Assembly: GCA_965199825.1 (NCBI GenBank) | Contig: OZ241329.1 | Coordinates: forward strand, 1,760,001 to 1,824,000 | Source of the DNA: Bdellovibrionales bacterium | Lineage (GTDB): Bacteria; Bdellovibrionota; Bdellovibrionia; Bdellovibrionales; UBA1609 | Reading direction: 5' to 3' | Length of the DNA: 64,000 nucleotides | Part shown: one piece after another, positions 19,222-28,242 of the stretch | How the letters are laid out: every line of letters starts with the position of its first letter | How positions within the stretch are numbered: position 1 is the first letter of the stretch | Position numbers and translations under genes: made by a program | The notes under the pieces: generated by a model | Database searches by the model: none | Seen by the model: the letters and a program-made list of their open reading frames with translations, nothing else | What the model was told of the DNA's origin: nothing

Positions 19222-19484
19222 AGCTCAAAGTAAAAAAAGGCGCAACAGTTGAAGTTGTTGCCGGTGCCGATAAAGGCAAGCAGGGTAAAGTTCTCGGGAT
19301 TAATAAATCAAAATTGAAAATCCGAGTTGAAGGCATCAAGGTCATGACCCATTTTGATAAAAAAGAGGGCCTTCAAAAAAAAGAAGGATTTATCGATTAT
19401 TCGAATGTGAAGTTGGTGGGTCAGCCTCAAGTTGATAAAAAAAAGCCGGTTAAGAAAAAATCCACTAGCCGTAAGACAGCCTGA
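19218..19484 (+). CDS. rplX: 50S ribosomal protein L24 (short form)
   Basis: KOW motif KKG.TVEVVAGADKGKQGKV, VEGI, KE..I..SNV.LV. Confidence 0.85.
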   Translation: MKLKVKKGATVEVVAGADKGKQGKVLGINKSKLKIRVEGIKVMTHFDKKEGLQKKEGFIDYSNVKLVGQPQVDKKKPVKKKSTSRKTA

Positions 19485-19522
19485 GCATTGTTTTAAATAT
19501 TTTGCTTTGTTAACATAAAGGG

Positions 19523-19834
19523 ATGCGAGCATCCCTTTATGCGTTAATGACACTTTTTATTTTTCAATTTTCGGTTGCCGAGACCGCCACTTACGTTCTT
19601 TGTCGCAGTGATAAAACTGTTCGAACTGTGCGGATCGAAGATCATGAAACCGACGGGGTTTGTCGAACCAAATATACCAAATTGGGTGTAGAACAGACCG
19701 TTGCGGTTTCGAAATCAAAAAAATCATGCAATACCGTGCTTGATAATATTCGCTCAAATCTCGAAAAAGCATCCTGGTCTTGCAAAGACATTAGCTCCTC
19801 AAAAATTTCCCAAGATAAAGTTAAATCGGAATGA
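19523..19834 (+). CDS. Small secreted Cys-containing hypothetical protein
   Basis: Signal peptide, 4 Cys; preceded by TTGTTT-N17-TAACAT. Confidence 0.7.
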   Translation: MRASLYALMTLFIFQFSVAETATYVLCRSDKTVRTVRIEDHETDGVCRTKYTKLGVEQTVAVSKSKKSCNTVLDNIRSNLEKASWSCKDISSSKISQDKVKSE

Positions 19835-20622
19835 CACTAAAAGTCGCACTGCTCCAGATGCAGTCGACCGATAATTTAGATTTTAATCTCAAACAAATTT
19901 CTGATCTGTTAGTTCGAGTCTCAAATGATGTTGAGCTTGTATGCTTACCCGAGAATTGCCTGTTTTTGCGTCTCGGATCCTTGATGCATTTTTTTACTCT
20001 AGAAGAGCTCAAGCCTTTGCAAGCCCTGGCTAAAAAATTTAATAAGACTCTTTTATTAGGTTCGGTAGCCCTTCACGAAGGTCCAGAACATTTCAATGCG
20101 ACGGTCAGCGTAGATTCTCAAAAAATAGAAATTGTTTATAAAAAGATTCACCTCTTTGATGTGGATGTTGAGGGCGAAACGCCACAACGGGAATCGGCAC
20201 ATTTTTCGGCAGGATCACATCCCGCAGTTTTTCAATTTGGGCAATTTCGGTTTGGATTGTCGATTTGTTATGATGTGCGATTTGCAGAATTGTATTTGGA
20301 ATATTCGCGCAGGAACTGCGATGTGCTTCTCGTTCCATCCGCATTTCTGGTTACCACTGGAGAGCGGCATTGGCATATTCTTTTGCGAGCGAGGGCGATT
20401 GAAAATCAGATGTATGTGCTCGCTTCGGCTCAATCTGGAATCCATAGTTCAAAAAATGGCAGTAGAAAAACCTTTGGCCATAGTATGGCTGTAGATCCAC
20501 AAGGCGAAATCATTTGTGAGGCCCATCGCGAAGGTCCTGAAGTTTTAGAGGTCACATTGAAGCAGAAAGATATAGAGCTTTGCCGTCGAGCTATACCGAT
20601 GTTTCAGCATCGCCGACTGTAA
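19831..20622 (+). CDS. Carbon-nitrogen hydrolase (Nit1/deaminated glutathione amidase-like)
   Basis: Catalytic E-K-C motifs LPEN, YKKIHLFD, ICYDVRF; HWHILLRARAIENQ. Confidence 0.92.
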   Translation: MTLKVALLQMQSTDNLDFNLKQISDLLVRVSNDVELVCLPENCLFLRLGSLMHFFTLEELKPLQALAKKFNKTLLLGSVALHEGPEHFNATVSVDSQKIEIVYKKIHLFDVDVEGETPQRESAHFSAGSHPAVFQFGQFRFGLSICYDVRFAELYLEYSRRNCDVLLVPSAFLVTTGERHWHILLRARAIENQMYVLASAQSGIHSSKNGSRKTFGHSMAVDPQGEIICEAHREGPEVLEVTLKQKDIELCRRAIPMFQHRRL

Positions 20623-20645
20623 AAGTCTTTAGCCTCAGGTCCAGT

Positions 20646-20672
20646 TTAAATTTTTGCCAGTTGCTCCGATAA
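20646..20672 (+). promoter_or_regulatory. Candidate sigma28 (FliA) promoter
   Basis: TTAAA-N14-TCCGATAA, 8 nt before ATG 20681. Confidence 0.45.
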
Positions 20673-20680
20673 AACTAAAC

Positions 20681-21016
20681 ATGATCTCAATCATAATTGT
20701 TTTATCTCATTTTGCTCTTGCTGAACCTGCAGTGAAAATCGAAGCTCAACCGATTATTGCGGTAGGAAGTGGCGATAAGCCCATCGATACAGAAGCTCCA
20801 TCACCGATCGCACCTCAATCATTTGATGATTACGACGGTGTGGCCTTAGAACCTTTTGCTCCTACTGTGGTTGAAAAACAGGCGATGCTCAAAGAGCGAG
20901 CCGAGGCCGAAGCCCGAGAAATTGCTTCAAAGGCAGTGGTTCCAAATCGTGCTCCAGCCTCAACTACCTCAACAGTGTTGCCCAAGAAAAAGAAATCTAC
21001 TACTGTTCACAAATGA
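20681..21016 (+). CDS. Secreted hypothetical protein, Pro/Ala-rich with basic tail
   Basis: Signal-like MISIIIVLSHFALA; RAPAS motif. Confidence 0.55.
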   Translation: MISIIIVLSHFALAEPAVKIEAQPIIAVGSGDKPIDTEAPSPIAPQSFDDYDGVALEPFAPTVVEKQAMLKERAEAEAREIASKAVVPNRAPASTTSTVLPKKKKSTTVHK

Positions 21017-21249
21017 ACAGTGCAGTCCTCTTACTCGTTTTAAATTCTTTTGCGGTTCCTAATGATCCTGTTCGACAGGATGTTGTTGTTTCGCGCTCCT
21101 ACCTTGGTGGACCCGATGAAGAAGATCTTCGCGTGCAGCCCCAGGTTGTGCCACCAATTAGAAAACTCGATGCAAAGTCTATCCAGATTCAGGTTTTAAA
21201 AACGTCGGGTAAGGCCGATGCCGTCGAAGAATCTCCTCAGGGAGAATAG
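21013..21249 (+). CDS. Small hypothetical protein
   Basis: ATGA coupling; RSYLGGPDEEDLRVQ; abuts the next gene. Confidence 0.55.
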   Translation: MNSAVLLLVLNSFAVPNDPVRQDVVVSRSYLGGPDEEDLRVQPQVVPPIRKLDAKSIQIQVLKTSGKADAVEESPQGE

Positions 21250-22350
21250 ATGGCAATATTTCGTGCTTTAACCTCGCAAGGTTTAGTGGATGTCCTGAGC
21301 TCCGAACTTAATGATCTTGATGTGAGCGTTAAGAAAAAAGGGGTCAACTGGGTTGAGTTTGAAGCAAACTGGCTTGGCTGTTTGAGAGTGAATAGTGAAT
21401 CGAAAATTGCGTCACGGGTGATTTTACCGGTGTTGGATTTTAAGGCTTTCACCGAAGATGAGCTCTACAACTCAACTTTACGTCACGATTTTACCCAATA
21501 TATCGATAGCGATCAGACTTTGAGTGTTGCGGCGTCCACTTCTTTTTCTAACATCCGCGATCAGCGAATGGTTGGTCTCAAAGTTAAAGATGCTATAGTG
21601 GATCAGTTTAGAGAAAAAACTGGGAGCCGACCGAGCATTGATCGGCTTTCGCCTGATTTAAGAATTTATGTGCGGCTTGTTCATAATTCGGTGTCGATTG
21701 CGGTGGACACTTCGGGCCGAAGTCTGTCGGACCGTGGATATCGTATTGAAGCCGGACTTGCTCCGCTAAAAGAGAATTTGGCGGCGGGGTTACTAAAAAT
21801 TGCGGGCTATACTGAAGATGTTTGTTTACTTGATCCAATGTGTGGGTCGGGAACATTCTTGATCGAAGCAGCACTTATGGCTTCGGGCCGACGGTTAAGA
21901 CAAAGGCCTTTTGCTTTACAGAATTTTAAAAAATTTCGAGATCTTAAATATATCAATGAAACGCCTATAAATAAAAAGCCATTAAAAATATTTGGTTCCG
22001 ATTACGATATTGGACTTATTGGGAGAGCAAAAAACAATGCGGAACGCGCGGGTGTCTCGTCGTTGATTCAATTTGCCAGAACCGATTTCCATAATCTCAC
22101 CGCACCTGCCGAGACTGGTATTATTATTGTCAATCCTCCCTATGGTGAGCGATTGTTGAAAAATGAAAATCTTGAATTGCTCTATAAAGATTTTGCCAGC
22201 GTTTTAAAGAAATCGTTTAAAGGATGGACGGCTTGGCTGCTCTCTGGAAATCCAGAATTGACCAAGGCTTTGAGACTCAAAGCCGAGAAGAAATATCTTG
22301 TGACCAACGGAGATATTGAGTGTCGATTTTTGGGTTATCCAATAACCTAA
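21250..22350 (+). CDS. THUMP-domain class I SAM-dependent RNA methyltransferase (RlmL-like)
   Basis: SL..RGYR, APLKENLAAG, DPMCGSGTFLIEAA, NPPYGER. Confidence 0.92.
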   Translation: MAIFRALTSQGLVDVLSSELNDLDVSVKKKGVNWVEFEANWLGCLRVNSESKIASRVILPVLDFKAFTEDELYNSTLRHDFTQYIDSDQTLSVAASTSFSNIRDQRMVGLKVKDAIVDQFREKTGSRPSIDRLSPDLRIYVRLVHNSVSIAVDTSGRSLSDRGYRIEAGLAPLKENLAAGLLKIAGYTEDVCLLDPMCGSGTFLIEAALMASGRRLRQRPFALQNFKKFRDLKYINETPINKKPLKIFGSDYDIGLIGRAKNNAERAGVSSLIQFARTDFHNLTAPAETGIIIVNPPYGERLLKNENLELLYKDFASVLKKSFKGWTAWLLSGNPELTKALRLKAEKKYLVTNGDIECRFLGYPIT

Positions 22351-22712
22351 AATGGTTTTACAATCGCGAGATAAGCTGCAAAGCCCCCCAAAAATATCAC
22401 AATAAACCAAATGCCTCGAGCGATCGCCGAAAAACGTGTGATCAAGAGGCTTGAGATGCCCATCACAATCCAGATCAAAAATTTGCACCACAGCCATCCG
22501 GGCCAAGGAGTTTGAACTTGTGATTTTGCAATCAATCCAAAACCAGCAACAAAAATAAGTGTCAGTCCTAAGCCATGAAACATCATGAGCCAAGACCGCA
22601 TCGGATAAGATTTTGGACCACCTTGAAGTTGATGAAGAAGCAATCCACCAAGAGCCATAAATAAAGAGAAGATTCCGACTAGATGAAGAATTTTATAAAA
22701 CTCGTAACTCAT
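22347..22712 (-). CDS. Small 4-TM membrane protein (SirB2-like)
   Basis: YKILH, HG.GL, W...K.LIW, C-terminal KPF. Confidence 0.6.
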   Translation of the reverse strand: MSYEFYKILHLVGIFSLFMALGGLLLHQLQGGPKSYPMRSWLMMFHGLGLTLIFVAGFGLIAKSQVQTPWPGWLWCKFLIWIVMGISSLLITRFSAIARGIWFIVIFLGGFAAYLAIVKPF

Positions 22713-24253
22713 TTTTCAATTCCTTTGTCTTCGATTCGAGGAAATAGAGGTTCTGGTTTAACAATGGGACTTCCCTCATGCAACACGCGAAAATTATGGG
22801 CGTCCTCAAAACTTATTTTTTCAACACCCAAACGTTTGAGCAACTCGGCCATTTTAAACGGCATGACTGGCGATAATAAAATAGCCGCTATTCTTAAAAC
22901 CTCCACCGCTGTGGACAACACTCTGCCGGCACCTTGAAGATCGGTTTTGACCATCTTCCATGGAGCTTGATCCTCGAGATATTTGTTGGCTTCAGAGAGG
23001 ACCAAAAAAATATCTTCGAGAGCTTTTGATGGATTCATATCGCGAATTGAGATCTCAACTTTTTTGGCCAAGCTTGATGCCGAGTTGATGAGTTTTTGTG
23101 AGGCCTCGTCTTCACCCACCGGATTGGGCATTTTGCTGTCGAAATTTTTTTCTAATAGGTTAGTGGTGCGGCTTAATAAATTGCCCATATTGTTTGCCAG
23201 ATCATTGTTGATTCGCTGGATCACAAGATCTTGTGAGATCGGCGCATCGTTTCCAAGGTGCACATCACGCACCAAAAAATATCGTAAGCCCTCGGCACCC
23301 ACCACATCTTTGAGTTGCAGAGGATCAATAGTTTGGCCACTGGACTTGCTCATCTTATTGAGATCTTTGTTAAGAATCCAACCGTGCGCCAAAATCTGTT
23401 TTGGTAAGGGAAGATCGAGCGCCATCAATAGCGTAATCCAGTAAACAGAATGAGTTGTTAAGATATCTTTGCCGATCAGATGATGGGGCTTTGCCTCAAG
23501 CCACCACTTTTTAAACATCTCAGATTTTTCGGGCTGCTGATATCCGACGGCGGTTGCATAATTCAAAAGTGCATCGACCCAAACGTAAGTGACATAATCG
23601 GCATCAAAGGGAAATTCGATCCCCCAGCTCATTCGGGCTTTGGGCCTTGAGATACAGAGATCGCCCAGGGGTTGCCTCAAAAATCCCAACACTTCATTGC
23701 GGCGAGAGTCGGGTTGGATAAATTTTGGGTTCTGCTCGATATAATCAATTAAGCGGGTTTGATACTGCGACATTTTAAAAAAATAATTTTTTTCGCGAAT
23801 GCGCGTGACGTCTTTGCCGGTGGGACTTTTGCCATCAACAATTTCTTTATCGGTATAAAAAATTTCGTCTGAAACCGAATACCAGCCTTCATACTCGGCA
23901 GCATAAATTTGGTCTTTGTCGAACAGCTCTTGAAGTGCGGCTTGCACGGCCGTTTTATGAAACTCATCGGTAGTGCGAAAAAAATGATCGTAATCAATAT
24001 GGAGTTCACTCCATGCGCGTTTAAAATTCTGCACCATATCATCGCAATGCGCCTTGGGAGTTAGGCCACGGGCGGCTGCTGCTTGAGCACACTTTTGTCC
24101 ATGCTCATCGGTACCCGTTAAAAAATAAGTCTCGTCACCAAACAGCCGATGGTAGCGGATGAGGACATCGGCGGTGATTGTGGAATAGGCCGTACCCACA
24201 TGCGGTCGATCGTTGACGTAGTAAATAGGTGTGGTGAGATAAAATTGATTCAT
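22709..24253 (-). CDS. metG: Methionine--tRNA ligase (short form)
   Basis: TTPIYYVN..PHVG (HIGH), GTDEHG, YVWVDAL, KMSKS; ATG at 24253. Confidence 0.96.
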   Translation of the reverse strand: MNQFYLTTPIYYVNDRPHVGTAYSTITADVLIRYHRLFGDETYFLTGTDEHGQKCAQAAAARGLTPKAHCDDMVQNFKRAWSELHIDYDHFFRTTDEFHKTAVQAALQELFDKDQIYAAEYEGWYSVSDEIFYTDKEIVDGKSPTGKDVTRIREKNYFFKMSQYQTRLIDYIEQNPKFIQPDSRRNEVLGFLRQPLGDLCISRPKARMSWGIEFPFDADYVTYVWVDALLNYATAVGYQQPEKSEMFKKWWLEAKPHHLIGKDILTTHSVYWITLLMALDLPLPKQILAHGWILNKDLNKMSKSSGQTIDPLQLKDVVGAEGLRYFLVRDVHLGNDAPISQDLVIQRINNDLANNMGNLLSRTTNLLEKNFDSKMPNPVGEDEASQKLINSASSLAKKVEISIRDMNPSKALEDIFLVLSEANKYLEDQAPWKMVKTDLQGAGRVLSTAVEVLRIAAILLSPVMPFKMAELLKRLGVEKISFEDAHNFRVLHEGSPIVKPEPLFPRIEDKGIEK

Positions 24254-24382
24254 GTCATTATCTTTACGCAATCTCAAACGCCGCGGTCACTTGTTTTATT
24301 TAGACTCTACCTTCAGTCGACATGCGTATAGAAAATGTTTGCAAACAGCGATATAAATTCTTGTTAAAGAGGGAGGTTTAAA

Positions 24383-24781
24383 TTGGCAAAATCCGCAAAG
24401 AAAAGTTTGAGTCCAAAAGTGGCGAGAATTAAAATACCAAAAGCTGGCATAAAATCTAAGGCTGCATCGCCAAGCAAAACCAAAGCATCTGTTTCGGTTA
24501 AACCAAAAACTCAAAAAATATCGAAGGTGATTCCGGTCCGTTCAGAAATGGGTGGCGTAGTCTCGTCCTCTAAACTGTCACAAAAATGGTCTGCACTTTT
24601 TAAAAAATCCTCTGATGTTGAAACTTTGGATTATTCGATTGTTGGAAAGTATGAACCCAAAACTGCTCTGCTTCATAAAACTCTTGGATGGGGGTATGTG
24701 CTTTCAAATCGCAACGATCGTCTAGAAGTCCTGTTTCAAGATGGCATTAAATATTTGATATCAAATTATAAGCGTGACTAG
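24383..24781 (+). CDS. Hypothetical protein: Lys/Ser-rich N-terminus plus small SH3/Tudor-like C-domain
   Basis: Basic low-complexity N-half; HKTLGWGYV...RLEVLF..G.K.L C-domain. Confidence 0.6.
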   Translation: MAKSAKKSLSPKVARIKIPKAGIKSKAASPSKTKASVSVKPKTQKISKVIPVRSEMGGVVSSSKLSQKWSALFKKSSDVETLDYSIVGKYEPKTALLHKTLGWGYVLSNRNDRLEVLFQDGIKYLISNYKRD

Positions 24782-24828
24782 AATGATGTCATCGGTTAAC
24801 CCCAGATCAAAACCTTTAAGGACTATTC

Positions 24829-25047
24829 ATGGCGAAGGATGATCTGGCTCAGGTCGAAGGCAAAGTTGTCGACGCAGGAGCTGGTGGACTGTATAAAATT
24901 AAATTGGATAACGAAATCGAAATCTCGGCAAAACTCTGCGGAAAGATGCGACGTTTTAATATCCGAGTTGTAGTTGGTGATCGAGTGACGGTGGGCGTAT
25001 CGCCCTATGATCCTACCCATGGTTTGATCATGTATCGACATAAGTAG
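24829..25047 (+). CDS. infA: Translation initiation factor IF-1
   Basis: 72 aa MAKDD..VEG.V...GKMR...IRV..GD.V.V..SPYD.T.G.I.YR. Confidence 0.97.
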   Translation: MAKDDLAQVEGKVVDAGAGGLYKIKLDNEIEISAKLCGKMRRFNIRVVVGDRVTVGVSPYDPTHGLIMYRHK

Positions 25048-25055
25048 AAAGGTCT

Positions 25056-27428
25056 ATGAGTTCTCCAGCAATCTCCGACGCTTTTAAATCCTATCTTGCC
25101 TCTAAAGTGGGTTCGTTACCCGACCGGTCCTTGCAAGCGGTCTTAGACCTCAATGCTGAGGGCAATACCGTGCCGTTTATGGCGCGCTATCGAAAAGAAA
25201 AAACCGGAAATTTAGACGAAGTTCAGATTCGTGCGGTGATCGATGGCTTTGCCGACTTTAACGAATTAACCAAACGAAGACAGTTTGTATTAAGCGAAAT
25301 CGAAAAACAGGGAAATCTCACCGCCGAAATCAAAAAGCGTTTAGATACTGCCCAAGATCTTTCGAGTGTTGAAGAAATCTATCGCCCATTTAAACGAAAG
25401 AAAAAAACCAAGGCAACTCTTGCACGCGAAGCAGGTCTTGGACCCTTTGCCGACTGGCTGTGGTCGTTAAGCCATGGTGAAATTGAAGATGAAACAAGTC
25501 TTGAGGTCAAAGCCAAAGGATTTATTAATCCAGCACTTGGTTTTGTGATTTATGATGAAATCCTGCAAGGTGCACAAAATATTATAGTTGAAAAATTATC
25601 GAATATGCCTGAGCTCCGATCGCTTGTTCGCGATGAGTTTTCAAAAAATGGCAAATTGGTTTCTGAAAAAACCAAAGACTATAAGCCTCATTCCAAATAC
25701 GAAACCTATGCCGAATATTCTGAACCTATTAAAAATCTTTTTAATAAAAAAGCCTCACATCGTTACTTGGCGGTCAGGCGAGGTTGGCAAGAGGGGGAAC
25801 TCAAAGTTTCGCTTCAAGCTGATGAAGCTAAGTTAATCAAAAATTTTGAGATAGTTTGTATTTCAAAGCCTTCACAAGCCGACAACTTTTTTAAGAGTGC
25901 GGCAAAAATCGCATTAAGCGTTCATGTCATCCCTTCGATTTCAAATGAGATTCATTCGGCTTTGAAAGAAAAAGCGGATGAAGATGCCATTGGAGTTTTT
26001 GCCGAGAATGTACGGCGAGTTCTGATGGGATCGCCCTTTGGGGCCCGCACAATATTGGGAGTTGATCCCGGTTTGCGAACGGGTTGTAAAGTTGCTCTTG
26101 TGGACCGCAATGGTCACTTTGTTTCAAACACGGTGGTCCAAATTCTTGGAGAAGACGCTAAAGAAAAAGCCAAAAAACTTTTTGAAGATGTGTTTCGCCA
26201 AGTCAAGATCGATGCGGTGGCCGTCGGTAATGGAACCGCTGGTCGCGAAACCGAAAAATTCTTTCGCGATATTTTAAAAGACCTTGGTGTTGAAACACCG
26301 GTGGTGATGGTCAATGAGTCGGGTGCGAGTGTGTACTCGGCCTCTGAAGTTGCTCGCGACGAATTTCCTGAATTAGATTTAACCGTTCGTGGTGCGATCT
26401 CGATTGCTCGCCGACTGCAAGATCCGCTTTCGGAATTGGTCAAAATTGAGCCAAAGAGTATTGGGGTTGGACAGTATCAACACGATGTTGCTCAAAATCC
26501 TCTTAAAAAGAGTTTGCACGCGGTGGTCGAGAGTTGTGTCAACCAGGTGGGTGTGGACCTCAACACCGCTTCAGAATCCCTACTTCAATATATTTCGGGA
26601 ATTGGACCTGCCACTGCTCGAAACATTGTTAACTTTCGAAAAGAAAAAGGATTGTTTCAAGAGCGATCCGATCTTTTAAAGGTTTCACAGTTTTCGACAA
26701 AAGTTTTTGAGCAAGCTGCCGGGTTTTTAAGAATTCTTGGTGGCAAATTTTCGCTCGATTCGACAGGAGTCCATCCTGAGCGTTATGCGGCTTTAAGAGA
26801 TATGGCGCATGAACTGAATATTCCGCTTCCACAATTGATTGGACCTGGCAGTTCAAAACTTTTAGCAATCAAAGAAAAATGGTCGCAGCTCCTTGGTGAA
26901 TTTACCTTTCAAGATATCGTTAAAGAACTTGAAAAACCGGGACGCGATCCGCGTGATCCATTTCAAATTTTTAAATTTCGCGAAGATATTCATGAACTCA
27001 AAGATTTAAAGAGTGGAATGATTTGTCCAGGGCTTGTGACCAATGTCACCAACTTTGGGGCCTTCGTCGATATTGGCGTTCATCAAGATGGCTTGGTTCA
27101 TATTTCGGAATTGTCCGAAAAATTTGTCGAAGATCCACGTTTGGTTGTTCATCCTGGTACACAAGTTCAGGTTCGAATTTTAAATGTCGATATGGCCAAA
27201 AGTCAGATTGCGCTTTCGATGCGGCTTGAAGAGCGGCCTAAAGTTGTTGCTGAGCCACGTCCACGACCTCAGCCACAAAGCCAGCAGCGTCCACAAAGAC
27301 CCCAACAACGGGCGCAACAACAACAGCAGCAGCAACGACCCCAACAAAGACCTCAGCAGCAGCGCGAGCGTATAGCAAAACCTCTTTTTAATAATCCGTT
27401 TGCGGCACTGACCAATATCAAAAAGTAG
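25056..27428 (+). CDS. tex: Tex family RNA-binding transcription accessory protein
   Basis: TVPFMARYRKE, DPGLRTGCK, GNGTAGRE, E.GASVYSAS, IGVGQYQHD, S1 domain FGAFVDIGVHQDGLVHIS. Confidence 0.95.
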   Translation: MSSPAISDAFKSYLASKVGSLPDRSLQAVLDLNAEGNTVPFMARYRKEKTGNLDEVQIRAVIDGFADFNELTKRRQFVLSEIEKQGNLTAEIKKRLDTAQDLSSVEEIYRPFKRKKKTKATLAREAGLGPFADWLWSLSHGEIEDETSLEVKAKGFINPALGFVIYDEILQGAQNIIVEKLSNMPELRSLVRDEFSKNGKLVSEKTKDYKPHSKYETYAEYSEPIKNLFNKKASHRYLAVRRGWQEGELKVSLQADEAKLIKNFEIVCISKPSQADNFFKSAAKIALSVHVIPSISNEIHSALKEKADEDAIGVFAENVRRVLMGSPFGARTILGVDPGLRTGCKVALVDRNGHFVSNTVVQILGEDAKEKAKKLFEDVFRQVKIDAVAVGNGTAGRETEKFFRDILKDLGVETPVVMVNESGASVYSASEVARDEFPELDLTVRGAISIARRLQDPLSELVKIEPKSIGVGQYQHDVAQNPLKKSLHAVVESCVNQVGVDLNTASESLLQYISGIGPATARNIVNFRKEKGLFQERSDLLKVSQFSTKVFEQAAGFLRILGGKFSLDSTGVHPERYAALRDMAHELNIPLPQLIGPGSSKLLAIKEKWSQLLGEFTFQDIVKELEKPGRDPRDPFQIFKFREDIHELKDLKSGMICPGLVTNVTNFGAFVDIGVHQDGLVHISELSEKFVEDPRLVVHPGTQVQVRILNVDMAKSQIALSMRLEERPKVVAEPRPRPQPQSQQRPQRPQQRAQQQQQQQRPQQRPQQQRERIAKPLFNNPFAALTNIKK
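27255..27365 (+). repeat. Low-complexity CAA/CAG-rich tract encoding the Q/P/R-rich Tex tail
   Basis: Encodes PRPRPQPQSQQRPQRPQQRAQQQQQQQRPQQRPQQQR. Confidence 0.7.
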
Positions 27429-28206
27429 ATCGCGACTTTAAAATAAAGTTGATGATCTCGACAAATCCATCGCCCTCTGTTTTTTGGGCAATAAATTTTG
27501 GTTTATGTTGGAGCTCATCTAAAAATGGTTTGATGTTGGCAACCGCAAATGAGTTTTCAAAAAATTCAAACAATGGCTCATCGTTTGGTGAGTCACCTAC
27601 AAAGATATTTTCATTTTGATTTTTGGCGAGATCAGTTTTTAAAATTTCAACAGCAAATTGCTCGCACATTTTTCTTTTATCATAATCTCCAAACCAACCA
27701 TTCACATGAATCGAGCTCACTTTTGCGGTGGCTCCATTTTGCTCAAAAAGTTTTTGAATTTTGCGAGCCTCATCAAGTGAAAGTGGTGCACTAATATCTT
27801 CGCAAAAGTCGACGGCTAAATCGGTGAGTCGACAAAATTGATCTGATGAAATATCGCACCGAGGTATTTGTTCTTTTATTTTTAAAAAGATCTCGAAGAG
27901 TTTTTGCATATTTTTTTTTCGAGTGGGTTCGTCGTGCACAAAGGCCCTGTGCATTTTTTTATTTTTATATGCGAAATAGAACGCGCCGTTTTCGCCAACG
28001 ATTCCTGAAATGGGCCAAAGCCTTGCCATCATTTCGCACCATCCGGCTGGACGGCCAGTGACCGGAACTATGTTGATTCCACTTTGGTGAAGTCGCCATA
28101 ACGCCTCGAAGGATTCGGCTGGAAGCTGGCCCTCGCGTGTCAGTGTCCCATCAATATCAGTAAAAACTGTTTTTAATTTTTGCGCAGAGGTATAAAGATG
28201 AATCAT
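27418..28206 (-). CDS. HAD-IIB family hydrolase
   Basis: TDIDGTL, VTGRP, ENGA, GDSPND. Confidence 0.9.
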   Translation of the reverse strand: MIHLYTSAQKLKTVFTDIDGTLTREGQLPAESFEALWRLHQSGINIVPVTGRPAGWCEMMARLWPISGIVGENGAFYFAYKNKKMHRAFVHDEPTRKKNMQKLFEIFLKIKEQIPRCDISSDQFCRLTDLAVDFCEDISAPLSLDEARKIQKLFEQNGATAKVSSIHVNGWFGDYDKRKMCEQFAVEILKTDLAKNQNENIFVGDSPNDEPLFEFFENSFAVANIKPFLDELQHKPKFIAQKTEGDGFVEIINFILKSRSTF

Positions 28207-28242
28207 AATACTTCTCTTTTCATAAGCTGTAAAATGGAGTCT

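Noticed and set aside
27255..27365. Repeat tract as CRISPR or contingency locus
   Set aside because: Irregular in-frame CAA/CAG coding tract with no spacers and no cas genes.
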